Shown one piece after another: positions 10,601-17,117 of a stretch of DNA of 44,688 bases. Made by a program: the position numbers and the translations under genes. Below the pieces are notes generated by a model. The model saw nothing but the letters and a program-made list of their open reading frames with translations, was not told the origin of the DNA and did no database searches. Position 1 is the stretch's first letter. Every line of letters begins with the position of its first letter. The stretch comes from an uncultured Prevotella sp. (lineage in GTDB: Bacteria > Bacteroidota > Bacteroidia > Bacteroidales > Bacteroidaceae). The DNA lies in contig CAZIKA010000001.1 of NCBI GenBank assembly GCA_964539705.1, forward strand, positions 1 to 44,688, written 5' to 3'.

Positions 10601-13105
10601 GGTTCACACGCTGACCAGCTGATTGATTTCTCTCAGACAGGCAATAGCATCATTGCCGACTTCGCCGCCTTCACCTTCGACGGCAGCGAGCATCATCCCG
10701 AGCCCGTGGTGACGGTCAATGGCCGTGAACTGGTGAAGGATGTCAACTACACCGTCAGCTACGACGTTGACTGCACCAGTGCCGGCAAGCACGCGGTAAC
10801 CATCACCGGTCAAGGCATCTTCTACAACTCCACCTCGAAGACCTTCACCATCGAGGCCTACGACATCAGCGCCGACGCCGCCGTCACCATCGCCGGCATA
10901 GAAGCCACCTACGGCCAGACAGGCAGCCCCGTGCATCCTGTGCCTCTTGCCGTGACCTGTGCCGCCACAGGCAACGCTAAGCTCGCCGCCGGCACTGACT
11001 ACACCCTATCCTACAGCGAGGACTGCACGCTTCCTGGCAACTACCAGGTCACAGTCAATGGTCAGGGCAACTACAAGGGCTCCAAGAGCGTGGACTTCAC
11101 CATCCTCGAAGCCTATGGCATCACCGTATTCAACGATAATGCTACCTCTCAATATTTACCTGTTTATGGATATTATGGTAATTATCATCAGAAGAACGAG
11201 TTCGTGATGCCCGCTTCTGAACTTGAAGCCATGGGCGGCGCTTATATTAACTCCATGCAGTTCTACATCAGCTCGAAGGCCAACAGCGCATGGACCGGCA
11301 CCTTCCAGGTGTTCATGAAAGAAGTGGATGCTACCACCATCAGCAACTTCAGCGGTACCAACGGCGCCACCATCGTCTATGAAGGTAGCCTCGATGGCAC
11401 CAAGGATGTGATGACCATCAACTTCTCTACTCCATACGCTTATCAGGGTGGCAATCTGCTCATCGGCATCTACGAAACAACGAGAGGCACTAATGACCCC
11501 TCGGCATATTTCTACGGCAAGATTGTTAACGGTGCCAGCGTTGGTGGAACCAATTGGAGCGATCTTGATGGTGTATATAGCTATCAACGCAACTTCCTGC
11601 CGAAAACCACGTTCTGGTTTGATACGCCTATGGTGTTGGTAGATAACGCTACAGACAACAGCAAGACCATTAACGACAACGACAATGAGAAAGTAAACGT
11701 ACTTCTCAGGAATCGCACGCTCTACAAGGACGGCGAGTGGAACACCATCTGCCTGCCATTCGATGTGACACTGAAAGACAGCCCATTAAAGGGAGGTATC
11801 GCCAAGACACTGACCGATGCCACGATGACCGGCACTACCGTCAGCCTGACCTTCGGCGATGCTGAGGAGACGCTGAAAGCTGGCGTACCTTATCTTATCA
11901 AGTGGGAGGTTCCTGCCGATTTGGTTATCAAGACTGCTGATGATTGGAACAACTTCGCGACTGCCGTTTCCGATGGCAACACGTATAAAGATAAGGTGGT
12001 GCGTCTGGCTGCTGACATCACCGTATCTGAGATGGTGGGCACAAGCGGAAATAAGTTCAAAGGAACATTCATGGGCGATGGTCACACGTTGGATCTCAAC
12101 GACTTGAAATCTTCTGGCGAGTTCTGTGCCCCCTTCCGCTATGTTGATGGTGCTACCATCAGCAACCTGCACACAACGGGTACCGTCATCGCTGATTCTC
12201 ACACAAGTAATGACAAATATCGCACAGGCCTTGTGGGTCAAACCGAAGGCAACACAACCATCAACAACTGTTGGAGCAGCGTGGCTATCAGCAGTAAAAT
12301 TGATGGCGACGGCACCCACGGTGGCTTCGTAGGTGTGGCAAACGGCACTACGAAGATTAACAACTGTCGCTTCGACGGAAGTATCACAGGCAGCGATACC
12401 CACAGCTGTGGTGGCTTCGTTGGCTGGAGCAATGGCTCTACGGAGATTAACAACTGTCTCTTTGCTCCAGAGGGCATCAGTCTGAAAGAAGGTCTCAAGG
12501 ACTGCTACACGTTCAGCCGTAATACGGGGAATGTAACCGTTAAAAACTGTTACTACACGCAAACGATGGGCGGTGCTCAGAATGGTAAGTCCGTTGGCGA
12601 GATGAGCAACGATGATCTGGTGGCAAACGATGCTCTTGGCAATCAGTGGCAGGTAAAAGCCGGTAAGGTGGTACCTGTGATGGGAATGGCTAGCTCTACT
12701 ATCACCAACCCCGTATTCACCAATGTCACCATCGCTGGCAAGACCGACGAGGCTATACGTACCATCTCCAAGGCTGGAGGTCACGTGAAGTTCATTGGTA
12801 ACTACGATGCTTTTGAGATTACCGAAAAGGATGACGACATCTACTACTTGAGTTCTGGCAATAAGCTACGCCATACGGGTAAGGCTCGCACCATGAATGC
12901 TTGTCGCGCATACTTCAAGTTCTCTGAGTCTGTCCTTAAGGCCCGCGAGTTTGTGCTCAACTTTGAAGACGAGACAACGGAAATCAAGGAAGTTAAGGCT
13001 GTTAAAGCCCTCGGCTGGTATACCATCGACGGTATGAAGCTCAACGGTGAACCGAAGCGCAAGGGTATGTACATCTACAATGGACGCAAAACGGTTATTA
13101 AGTAA
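4619..13105 (+). CDS. Giant (~2828 aa) secreted modular surface protein with GLUG/beta-helix-like and Ig-like repeats, a discoidin-like domain and a Prevotella-type C-terminal sorting tail
   Basis: Signal peptide MQKKRHLFLARATMTLLLALFTSIGAWA; repeated GxGTxxxPYxI..DW units with GGIVG motifs; TGKGNYxG Ig-like repeats; C-terminus WYTIDGMKLNGEPKRKGMYIYNGRKTVIK; ATG 4619 preferred over TTG 4541. Confidence 0.85.
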   Translation: MQKKRHLFLARATMTLLLALFTSIGAWATITGNGTQASPYTINSADDWNTFAGWINNSNSTYASKCYKLTTDITVSTMAGTSANPFKGAFDGHGYTITLNDLSIDGEEYCAPFRYVDGANISFVRTAGTVIATDKKYRSGLIGNSNGNTTINACWSSVTINSTIDGDGTHGGFVGTVTNGTLAIKNCLFDGTFNGNNKTSSWGGFVGWSQGTTNISNSVFHPAGVNKIKNQTSNGNATFGRNNVNATNSYYYTQMGTVQGTAVGSTSASDLRKKLGCYWETGYNVMPIMGRHGIYTEYSVGSVYASDLPNTNWSWNNYHADYFYKVSNLVDGDKGSTWRYVTTSNKWSNPTVDFEYPNELIVKGYTVWTGDEAHLYPNSNPKGWKLYGKKNKDDASWTLIDEQTNAGLSGTSWPKGFSASSNNTSYKYYRFEVTSMVGLVDGVYKCQLGDLKLYGIPEYGNTELSWATITMRDSYDWTGNTLTVTPTVTSLNGNTLTNGTDYTYTISPSTVKDLGDYTLNVTGKGNYSGVNSANFKVVKNISGAGSSSNPYLINTVADWNAFATLVNNGTSYKGLYVKLNANITVSEMVGTSEANSFQGTFLGASGKTLTLNLTATGDNCAPFQYLKDATIKDLNVAGTVSTGYKYGASIAAHTYGETNIQNCVSTAEITSTYSSVKDGTHGGFVAVNESGKLTFTNCVFAGKLLGGNAKCNGGFVGWAVSSIVYNNCLFAPADIQMAYNDSYTFNRNGNATFNGAFYTRTFNGAQGTQVYTDFSNTIAKREYTYNNTVYYSKATVTIGNVNANYAYTGSNITVTPTVSYGDVTLTNNKDYTYSISPSPVKATGTYTITFTGKGNYAGSMTKTFLVNQELTGAGTSASPYLIKSASDWNTFAANVESGVTYAGKYVKLNNNITVSTMVGKESAPFMGTFDGGGKTLNVNIVSTTTGSTRDEQGVAPFHFICDAVIKDLTVTGSITSANKFASGLVGYTSNTSKKTTEITNCVVKPTITVQNNYIGGIIGYMFYEYSGSYRDCKLYLTNCVFAGTIQSANDEKRSSIGGILAYHWSGNLYINNCLENGTYKNIKQMSPLCGSSSSIPADITGLYYLNTIGEQNQNVTDEKGCHRVVKTVPTTDIYSTRTIKGYTVYQPATLTGMDNTYAHTGNTISLSYALKMGATDMVENTDYVVTIKDSKNKAVEPANLKDNGNYTIHFTAKSGNAAGYQGETVYSFRISQAETLGSYTFATEGDGDSKVYLINDEDDLEALAAYVNADKKNTCEGLTFKLNNDITMKAEHTAIGRYDYNTNYLFKGTFDGNNKTITGLTINKTSGSDADSYQGLFGYVVNAVIKDVTLVDCDITGYRYVGGIVGAIYGSNDAHAVIQNCHVSGTIASVIANAYNHGGIAGYCKNVDVTGCTVTGNVTNKESSSYYGGIVGEAYTTTTITSCENSANVTGGGSYHGGIAGYCWESKLSQCLTTGTINQTGDNALIGNDYNGQYTNCYYTSGTSRKGEFVSAITGQQMTSIIVSEAATVTSVIDGSKYYKAGDWTVTLTPDQTNSTFIKYACEGGALTNLTTIDGEHTLTIGKAPVTIIAVVSSNSGVPMSNVAISDIPDQRWRGKGALTPEFTVTYNNTELVENTDYLKEYSDNVEVGTASITLTGIGNYRGTTVKTFNIVDFALQTPGKDNSAENPYLVKSEEDLQVLADIVNRGVRKGGFYQQTEPITLKAEHTAIGNSSNKFEGSYDGQNLAISSLVINKPNDSYQGLFGYIGSESSVIQNVNIVNCDITGGSSTGGVVGYAQYAQASILHCQVSGSVKCTSRNNNIGGVAGYSKGTVDDCVSTASVSGEGNYHGGIVGDNYGTVQNCFCAGSVEGSKSVGSIVGDKNSSTLINNFHLSTTTGGVGAYGSTTGTDQEGAEVVVKITTNNDLITLTLPAKADYEWKGDKLYKNGTVVTLAYALPDQMIFDTYSVSSGAISDPLTMNGNHTLSGFAEDVVINGSHADQLIDFSQTGNSIIADFAAFTFDGSEHHPEPVVTVNGRELVKDVNYTVSYDVDCTSAGKHAVTITGQGIFYNSTSKTFTIEAYDISADAAVTIAGIEATYGQTGSPVHPVPLAVTCAATGNAKLAAGTDYTLSYSEDCTLPGNYQVTVNGQGNYKGSKSVDFTILEAYGITVFNDNATSQYLPVYGYYGNYHQKNEFVMPASELEAMGGAYINSMQFYISSKANSAWTGTFQVFMKEVDATTISNFSGTNGATIVYEGSLDGTKDVMTINFSTPYAYQGGNLLIGIYETTRGTNDPSAYFYGKIVNGASVGGTNWSDLDGVYSYQRNFLPKTTFWFDTPMVLVDNATDNSKTINDNDNEKVNVLLRNRTLYKDGEWNTICLPFDVTLKDSPLKGGIAKTLTDATMTGTTVSLTFGDAEETLKAGVPYLIKWEVPADLVIKTADDWNNFATAVSDGNTYKDKVVRLAADITVSEMVGTSGNKFKGTFMGDGHTLDLNDLKSSGEFCAPFRYVDGATISNLHTTGTVIADSHTSNDKYRTGLVGQTEGNTTINNCWSSVAISSKIDGDGTHGGFVGVANGTTKINNCRFDGSITGSDTHSCGGFVGWSNGSTEINNCLFAPEGISLKEGLKDCYTFSRNTGNVTVKNCYYTQTMGGAQNGKSVGEMSNDDLVANDALGNQWQVKAGKVVPVMGMASSTITNPVFTNVTIAGKTDEAIRTISKAGGHVKFIGNYDAFEITEKDDDIYYLSSGNKLRHTGKARTMNACRAYFKFSESVLKAREFVLNFEDETTEIKEVKAVKALGWYTIDGMKLNGEPKRKGMYIYNGRKTVIK

Positions 13106-13130
13106 ATTAATCAATCCAGAAAAAAAAGAA

Positions 13131-13319
13131 ATGAATAAAAAAGCATATATCATTCCTGAGACAATTGTCGTCAAGATGGAAACCGAACTAATGCAAGTGT
13201 TTAGTAGTAGTAATAATCCTAAAGGTGCTGGCGACCCTATTGTTGATTCCACTCCCGATGACACTGACGAGCCTATCCGCTCACGTGGTTTCTGTGATTG
13301 GGGTGACGAGGACTGGTAA
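13131..13319 (+). CDS. 62-aa peptide with N-terminal KKxYxxP motif and acidic Trp-containing tail, function unknown
   Basis: MNKKAYIIPETIVVKMETELMQVFSS...IRSRGFCDWGDEDW; A-rich start context 25 nt after the giant gene; lies before the terminator. Confidence 0.75.
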   Translation: MNKKAYIIPETIVVKMETELMQVFSSSNNPKGAGDPIVDSTPDDTDEPIRSRGFCDWGDEDW

Positions 13320-13346
13320 ATAGGTCATCATTCATACTACTGAGAC

Positions 13347-13379
13347 AAGCCCTCTCCCTAAAAACAGGGAGAGGGTTTT
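13347..13379 (+). terminator. Intrinsic terminator closing the cassette
   Basis: AAGCCCTCTCCCT-aaaaac-AGGGAGAGGGTTT followed by T-rich sequence. Confidence 0.85.
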
Positions 13380-13396
13380 CTTATATCAATTTTTGA

Positions 13397-13487
13397 GGGG
13401 GCGTCTGACAGTTGAGGAGCAGGCAGTTCGAAGGGCAGGAGCTTGCCAATCGCGCCCCAGGAACCGTAAGGTTCGAAGAAGTAACGG
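13397..13487. ncRNA. Candidate structured RNA or interspersed repeat element (unidentified)
   Basis: GGGGCG/CGCCCC outer stem, inner GGCAGTTC/GAGCTTGCC stem and GAACC-GTAA-GGTTC GNRA hairpin in a GC-rich intergenic patch. Confidence 0.35.
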
Positions 13488-13496
13488 AATTAGATG

Positions 13497-13988
13497 TTAT
13501 GACTGGGCGTCATCCTTCCACATCCGATAGGGATTCTTTCGAAGGTGGGAATTGTAATAACGACGGTCGCCCGTGACTTCATCACCGATGAAATCGGGCT
13601 TTTCGTAGGCTTCGTCGTGCGAGGCAAGTTCCACCTCTGCTATCACGAGGCCTTCGTTGTCGCCGTAGAACTCATCTACCTCGAAGGTGTGGCGCCCACT
13701 GCTGACGAGATAGCGGGTCTTGTCGATAACGCCTGGTTCGCAAATCAGAAACAGCTGTTCGGCTTCCTCCAACGATATCTCCTTCTCGAACTCATAGCGG
13801 CTCAGACCGCCATCGAGCGAAGGTCCCTTGATGGTAAGAAAGCCTTGGTTATCGCGGATACGGACACGCACGGTGCGCCCGTTGCCGCTACTGATGTAAC
13901 CTTGTTTGATACGGTAACTCTTGTGTGCGCGGCTCTTGAAGTCGGAGCTGCGCACCAAGAATTTCCGCTCTATTTCCATGCCGCTCAT
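13497..13988 (-). CDS. CYTH domain protein (triphosphate tunnel metalloenzyme)
   Basis: EIERKFLV, RVRI, LTIKG, RYEFE, IDKTRY, EVDEF and AEVEL motifs. Confidence 0.92.
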   Translation of the reverse strand: MSGMEIERKFLVRSSDFKSRAHKSYRIKQGYISSGNGRTVRVRIRDNQGFLTIKGPSLDGGLSRYEFEKEISLEEAEQLFLICEPGVIDKTRYLVSSGRHTFEVDEFYGDNEGLVIAEVELASHDEAYEKPDFIGDEVTGDRRYYNSHLRKNPYRMWKDDAQS

Positions 13989-13991
13989 AGC

Positions 13992-14141
13992 TTAAGCGAA
14001 AGCATAGATAGAGTAAGCGCAGAAAGCGGCAGCGCACAGGATGAGGATACCGAATATCCAGTTCACTACGCTACGTCCTTCTTTCTCTTGTTTCTCAGCG
14101 TAAGCCTTCTGCTTAGCGTTCAAATGCTTTTCTTTTGCCAT
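13992..14141 (-). CDS. 49-aa small membrane protein with C-terminal TM helix (not in ORF track)
   Basis: MAKEKHLNAKQKAYAEKQEKEGRSVVNWIFGILILCAAAFCAYSIYAFA; fills the prfB-CYTH gap and stops 3 nt before the CYTH ATG. Confidence 0.75.
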   Translation of the reverse strand: MAKEKHLNAKQKAYAEKQEKEGRSVVNWIFGILILCAAAFCAYSIYAFA

Positions 14142-14168
14142 AGTAATATGATGTTTAATGTTAGGTTA

Positions 14169-15290
14169 TTAATCCTCGTCTGTAACAGGGAATTCCATGA
14201 GGTATGCCTTGATAAAGCCGTCGAGCTTGCCGTTCATCACGCTTTCCACGTCGCGGGTCTCGAAGTTGGTGCGATGATCTTTTACACGCTTATCGTCGAA
14301 GACATAGGAGCGAATCTGAGAACCCCACTCTATTTTCTTCTTGCCTGCCTCGATCTTTGCCTGCGCCTCCAAACGTTTCTTCATGGCGCGGTCGTAGAGC
14401 TGTGAGCGGAGCAAAGCCATAGCACGCTCCTTGTTCTTAGGCTGGTCGCGGGTCTCGGTATTCTCGATGAGGATTTCCTCCTCTTCGCCCGTATCAGGGT
14501 CGGTATACCAATAGCGCAGACGCACACCCGACTCCACCTTGTTGACGTTCTGACCTCCGGCACCGCTGCTTCGGAAGGTATCCCAAGAGAGCTTGGCGGG
14601 GTCTACATAGACCTCGATGGTATCGTCGACCAGAGGGCTTACGAAGACAGAGGCAAACGACGTCATACGCTTACCCTGTGCATTGAAGGGACTGACGCGC
14701 ACCAGGCGGTGCACACCGTTCTCGCTTTTCAGGAAGCCGTAGGCATACTCGCCACCCTCAATCTGCATGGTGACGCTCTTGATGCCAGCCTCATCGCCGT
14801 CGAGCAAGTTGGCAATAGTCACCTTATAACCGTGAGCCTCAGCCCACCGCATATACATTCGCATGAGCATCGAGGCCCAGTCCTGAGCCTCGGTACCACC
14901 GGCACCGGAGTTGATTTTCAGCACACAGTCCATGGGGTCTTCCTTCTGGCGCAGCATATTCATCAGCTCCAACTCCTCTATGGCCTCGATAGCCTTGCGG
15001 TAGTCTTCGTCGACCTCCTCCTCTGTTACCATCTCGTCCTTGTAGAAATCAAAGGCCAGTTGTAGTTCATCGGCCTTGCTACGCACCTCCTTATAGCCGT
15101 CAATCCATTTCTTGATGGCCTTCACTTTCTTCATCTGCTCCTCTGCACGCTTGGGGTCTTCCCAAAAGTCAGGAGCCTGGGTGCGGAGGTCCTCCTCCTC
15201 CCATTCCACCTGCTTCTGGTCAATCTTCAGGTAGTGGAACAATTTGTCTGCTCTATCTAATACGTCTTTTAACTGATCTTGTGTTATCAT
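14169..15290 (-). CDS. prfB: Peptide chain release factor 2
   Basis: SPF specificity motif (RLVRVSPF), GAGGQNVNK, WGSQIRSY; continuous ORF. Confidence 0.97.
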   Translation of the reverse strand: MITQDQLKDVLDRADKLFHYLKIDQKQVEWEEEDLRTQAPDFWEDPKRAEEQMKKVKAIKKWIDGYKEVRSKADELQLAFDFYKDEMVTEEEVDEDYRKAIEAIEELELMNMLRQKEDPMDCVLKINSGAGGTEAQDWASMLMRMYMRWAEAHGYKVTIANLLDGDEAGIKSVTMQIEGGEYAYGFLKSENGVHRLVRVSPFNAQGKRMTSFASVFVSPLVDDTIEVYVDPAKLSWDTFRSSGAGGQNVNKVESGVRLRYWYTDPDTGEEEEILIENTETRDQPKNKERAMALLRSQLYDRAMKKRLEAQAKIEAGKKKIEWGSQIRSYVFDDKRVKDHRTNFETRDVESVMNGKLDGFIKAYLMEFPVTDED

Positions 15291-15293
15291 TGT

Positions 15294-17102
15294 TTATTCT
15301 TCGTACATCTTATCAATTTCTGCCTTATAATTCTCGTTGAGCACACGACGTTTGATTTTCAGTGTGTTAGTCAACTCACCACGGTCCATAGAGAAGGCAT
15401 GAGGCAGCAGGGTGAAGCGTTTCACTTGCTCATAGTGGGCGAGCGACTGCTGAAGCGTGTCAATACGCTCGGTGAGCATACGGATGATACGCTTGTCGCG
15501 GCATAGGTCCTCACGGCTATTGTAGGCAATGTCGTGAGTGCGAGCGTACTCCTCCAAAAGTTTATATTCTGGTATAATGAGGGCAGAGACGAACTTACGC
15601 TGGTCGGCAATGATGGCAATCTGATCGATATACTTGTCCACCAGAAGTTTCGACTCAATCATCTGAGGTGCGATATACTTACCGTTTGAGGTCTTGAAGA
15701 GGTCCTTGATACGGTCTTTGAGGAAGAGTTCACCATCCTTGATATAACCGGAGTCGCCAGTCTTGAAATAACCATCGGCGGTAAATGACTGAGCGGTGAT
15801 ATCATCACGGTTATAATAACCACGGGTAATGGTGGGACCCTTAAGCAGAATCTCGCCCTCTTCGCTAATCTTCAGGTCAATACCGTGGATGGGATGTCCC
15901 ACAGAGCCGACCTGGAACGGCTTTCCTAAATGGTCGCAGCTGACGGTGGCCAGAGACTCGGTAAGGCCGTAGCCCACTACCATATTCAGGCCAATGCTAT
16001 GGGCAAACTCCTCCACATGGGCAGAGACGGTGGCGCCTGCCGTGGGGAAGAAATGGGCATTCTCGAGGCCCAGCTCCTTACGCACCAGCGAGAATACCGT
16101 CTTATTCAGCACCTCGTATTCCAGATGGAGTGTCATTGGCGGCTGTTTACCTGCTGCCAGATACTCGATATTATGCTTGCGTCCTATCTCCAGCGCATGT
16201 TTAAAGAGCGTACGCTGCACAGGGCCGCTGGTCTCAATCTTCTCTTGTACGCCCTGATACACCTTCTCCCAAAAACGGGGCACACTAGACATACACGTAG
16301 GATGCTGCTCGCGCATGGACTTCTGTACCTCCTGCGGATAGGTGTTGACTATCAGACGGGCACCCACGGTGATACAGAGCAGAGCCCAGCCACGCTCGAA
16401 GATATGGGTGAAAGGCAGGAAGTTCATCACACGGTCGTTCTCGTCAACGGGCACGTCAATATGGTTAGCCTCCATGGCTGCATGGAACTGTCCCATAGAG
16501 AGAATCACGCCCTTGGAGTCGCCCGTGGTACCACTGGTATAGAGGATATTGGCAATATCGTCCATTGTGGCCTCCTGCTGGCGCTTCTCCACCTCAGCAT
16601 GACGGTTCAGCCCCTCACCCAACTTCAGGAAATCGGAGAACGACATCACCGTTGGGTCACCTTCTGGCAGCTGCACTGAGGGGGCATAAACAATGATACG
16701 CTCCAACGAATGGCAGGTAGGGAACACACGGCGTGCCTTGTCAAACTGTTCCTGCTCGCCAACGAACAGGAAGCGAATCTTGGCATCGTTGACCATGAAC
16801 TGGATCTGCTGCTCGCTGCTGGTAGCATAGAACGGGATGGTGACGGCACGAATACCCCATGCACCGAAGTCGGTGAAGAGATACTGCACCGAGTTCTGCG
16901 AAAAGATGCCCACGTTCTCCTGCACCTTGATACCCAAGGCAAGCATGGCGTCAGAGACCTGACTGATAATGCCAGAGAACTGATTCCATGAGCACGACTT
17001 CCACTCCTTGGCTCCGAAGTTCTTGTAGATCAGTGCCTCGCGGTCGCCGTAATGACCAGCCACATCGTGCACCAATCGGGAAAGATGGCTGTTGATCTGC
17101 AT
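15294..17102 (-). CDS. Long-chain fatty acid--CoA ligase (AMP-binding family)
   Basis: YTSGTTGDSKG, GYGLTE, FKTGDSG, DRIKDLFKTSNGKYIAPQ and ELTNTLKIKR. Confidence 0.92.
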   Translation of the reverse strand: MQINSHLSRLVHDVAGHYGDREALIYKNFGAKEWKSCSWNQFSGIISQVSDAMLALGIKVQENVGIFSQNSVQYLFTDFGAWGIRAVTIPFYATSSEQQIQFMVNDAKIRFLFVGEQEQFDKARRVFPTCHSLERIIVYAPSVQLPEGDPTVMSFSDFLKLGEGLNRHAEVEKRQQEATMDDIANILYTSGTTGDSKGVILSMGQFHAAMEANHIDVPVDENDRVMNFLPFTHIFERGWALLCITVGARLIVNTYPQEVQKSMREQHPTCMSSVPRFWEKVYQGVQEKIETSGPVQRTLFKHALEIGRKHNIEYLAAGKQPPMTLHLEYEVLNKTVFSLVRKELGLENAHFFPTAGATVSAHVEEFAHSIGLNMVVGYGLTESLATVSCDHLGKPFQVGSVGHPIHGIDLKISEEGEILLKGPTITRGYYNRDDITAQSFTADGYFKTGDSGYIKDGELFLKDRIKDLFKTSNGKYIAPQMIESKLLVDKYIDQIAIIADQRKFVSALIIPEYKLLEEYARTHDIAYNSREDLCRDKRIIRMLTERIDTLQQSLAHYEQVKRFTLLPHAFSMDRGELTNTLKIKRRVLNENYKAEIDKMYEE

Positions 17103-17117
17103 GATAATATGTTTTGT

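Noticed and set aside
6062-12784. Long antisense ORFs (6062-6916, 9128-10033, 11786-12784 and others)
   Set aside because: Shadow frames of a codon-biased gene; no recognisable motifs.
4619-13105. Diversity-generating retroelement target
   Set aside because: No reverse transcriptase and no repeat pair differing only at adenines; the internal duplicates appear to differ at all base types.
13047-13130. 90-aa version of the downstream peptide
   Set aside because: The extension overlaps the giant gene's 3' end; ATG 13131 has the A-rich start context.
13453-13487. SRP RNA or HDV-like ribozyme identity for the structured element
   Set aside because: CAGG-stem-GNRA resembles SRP helix 8, but the opposing AGCA loop is displaced and there is no long flanking helix; no HDV P2/P3 pairing could be built.
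13545-14405. 286-aa plus-strand ORF
   Set aside because: Antisense to CYTH, the sORF and prfB; shadow ORF.
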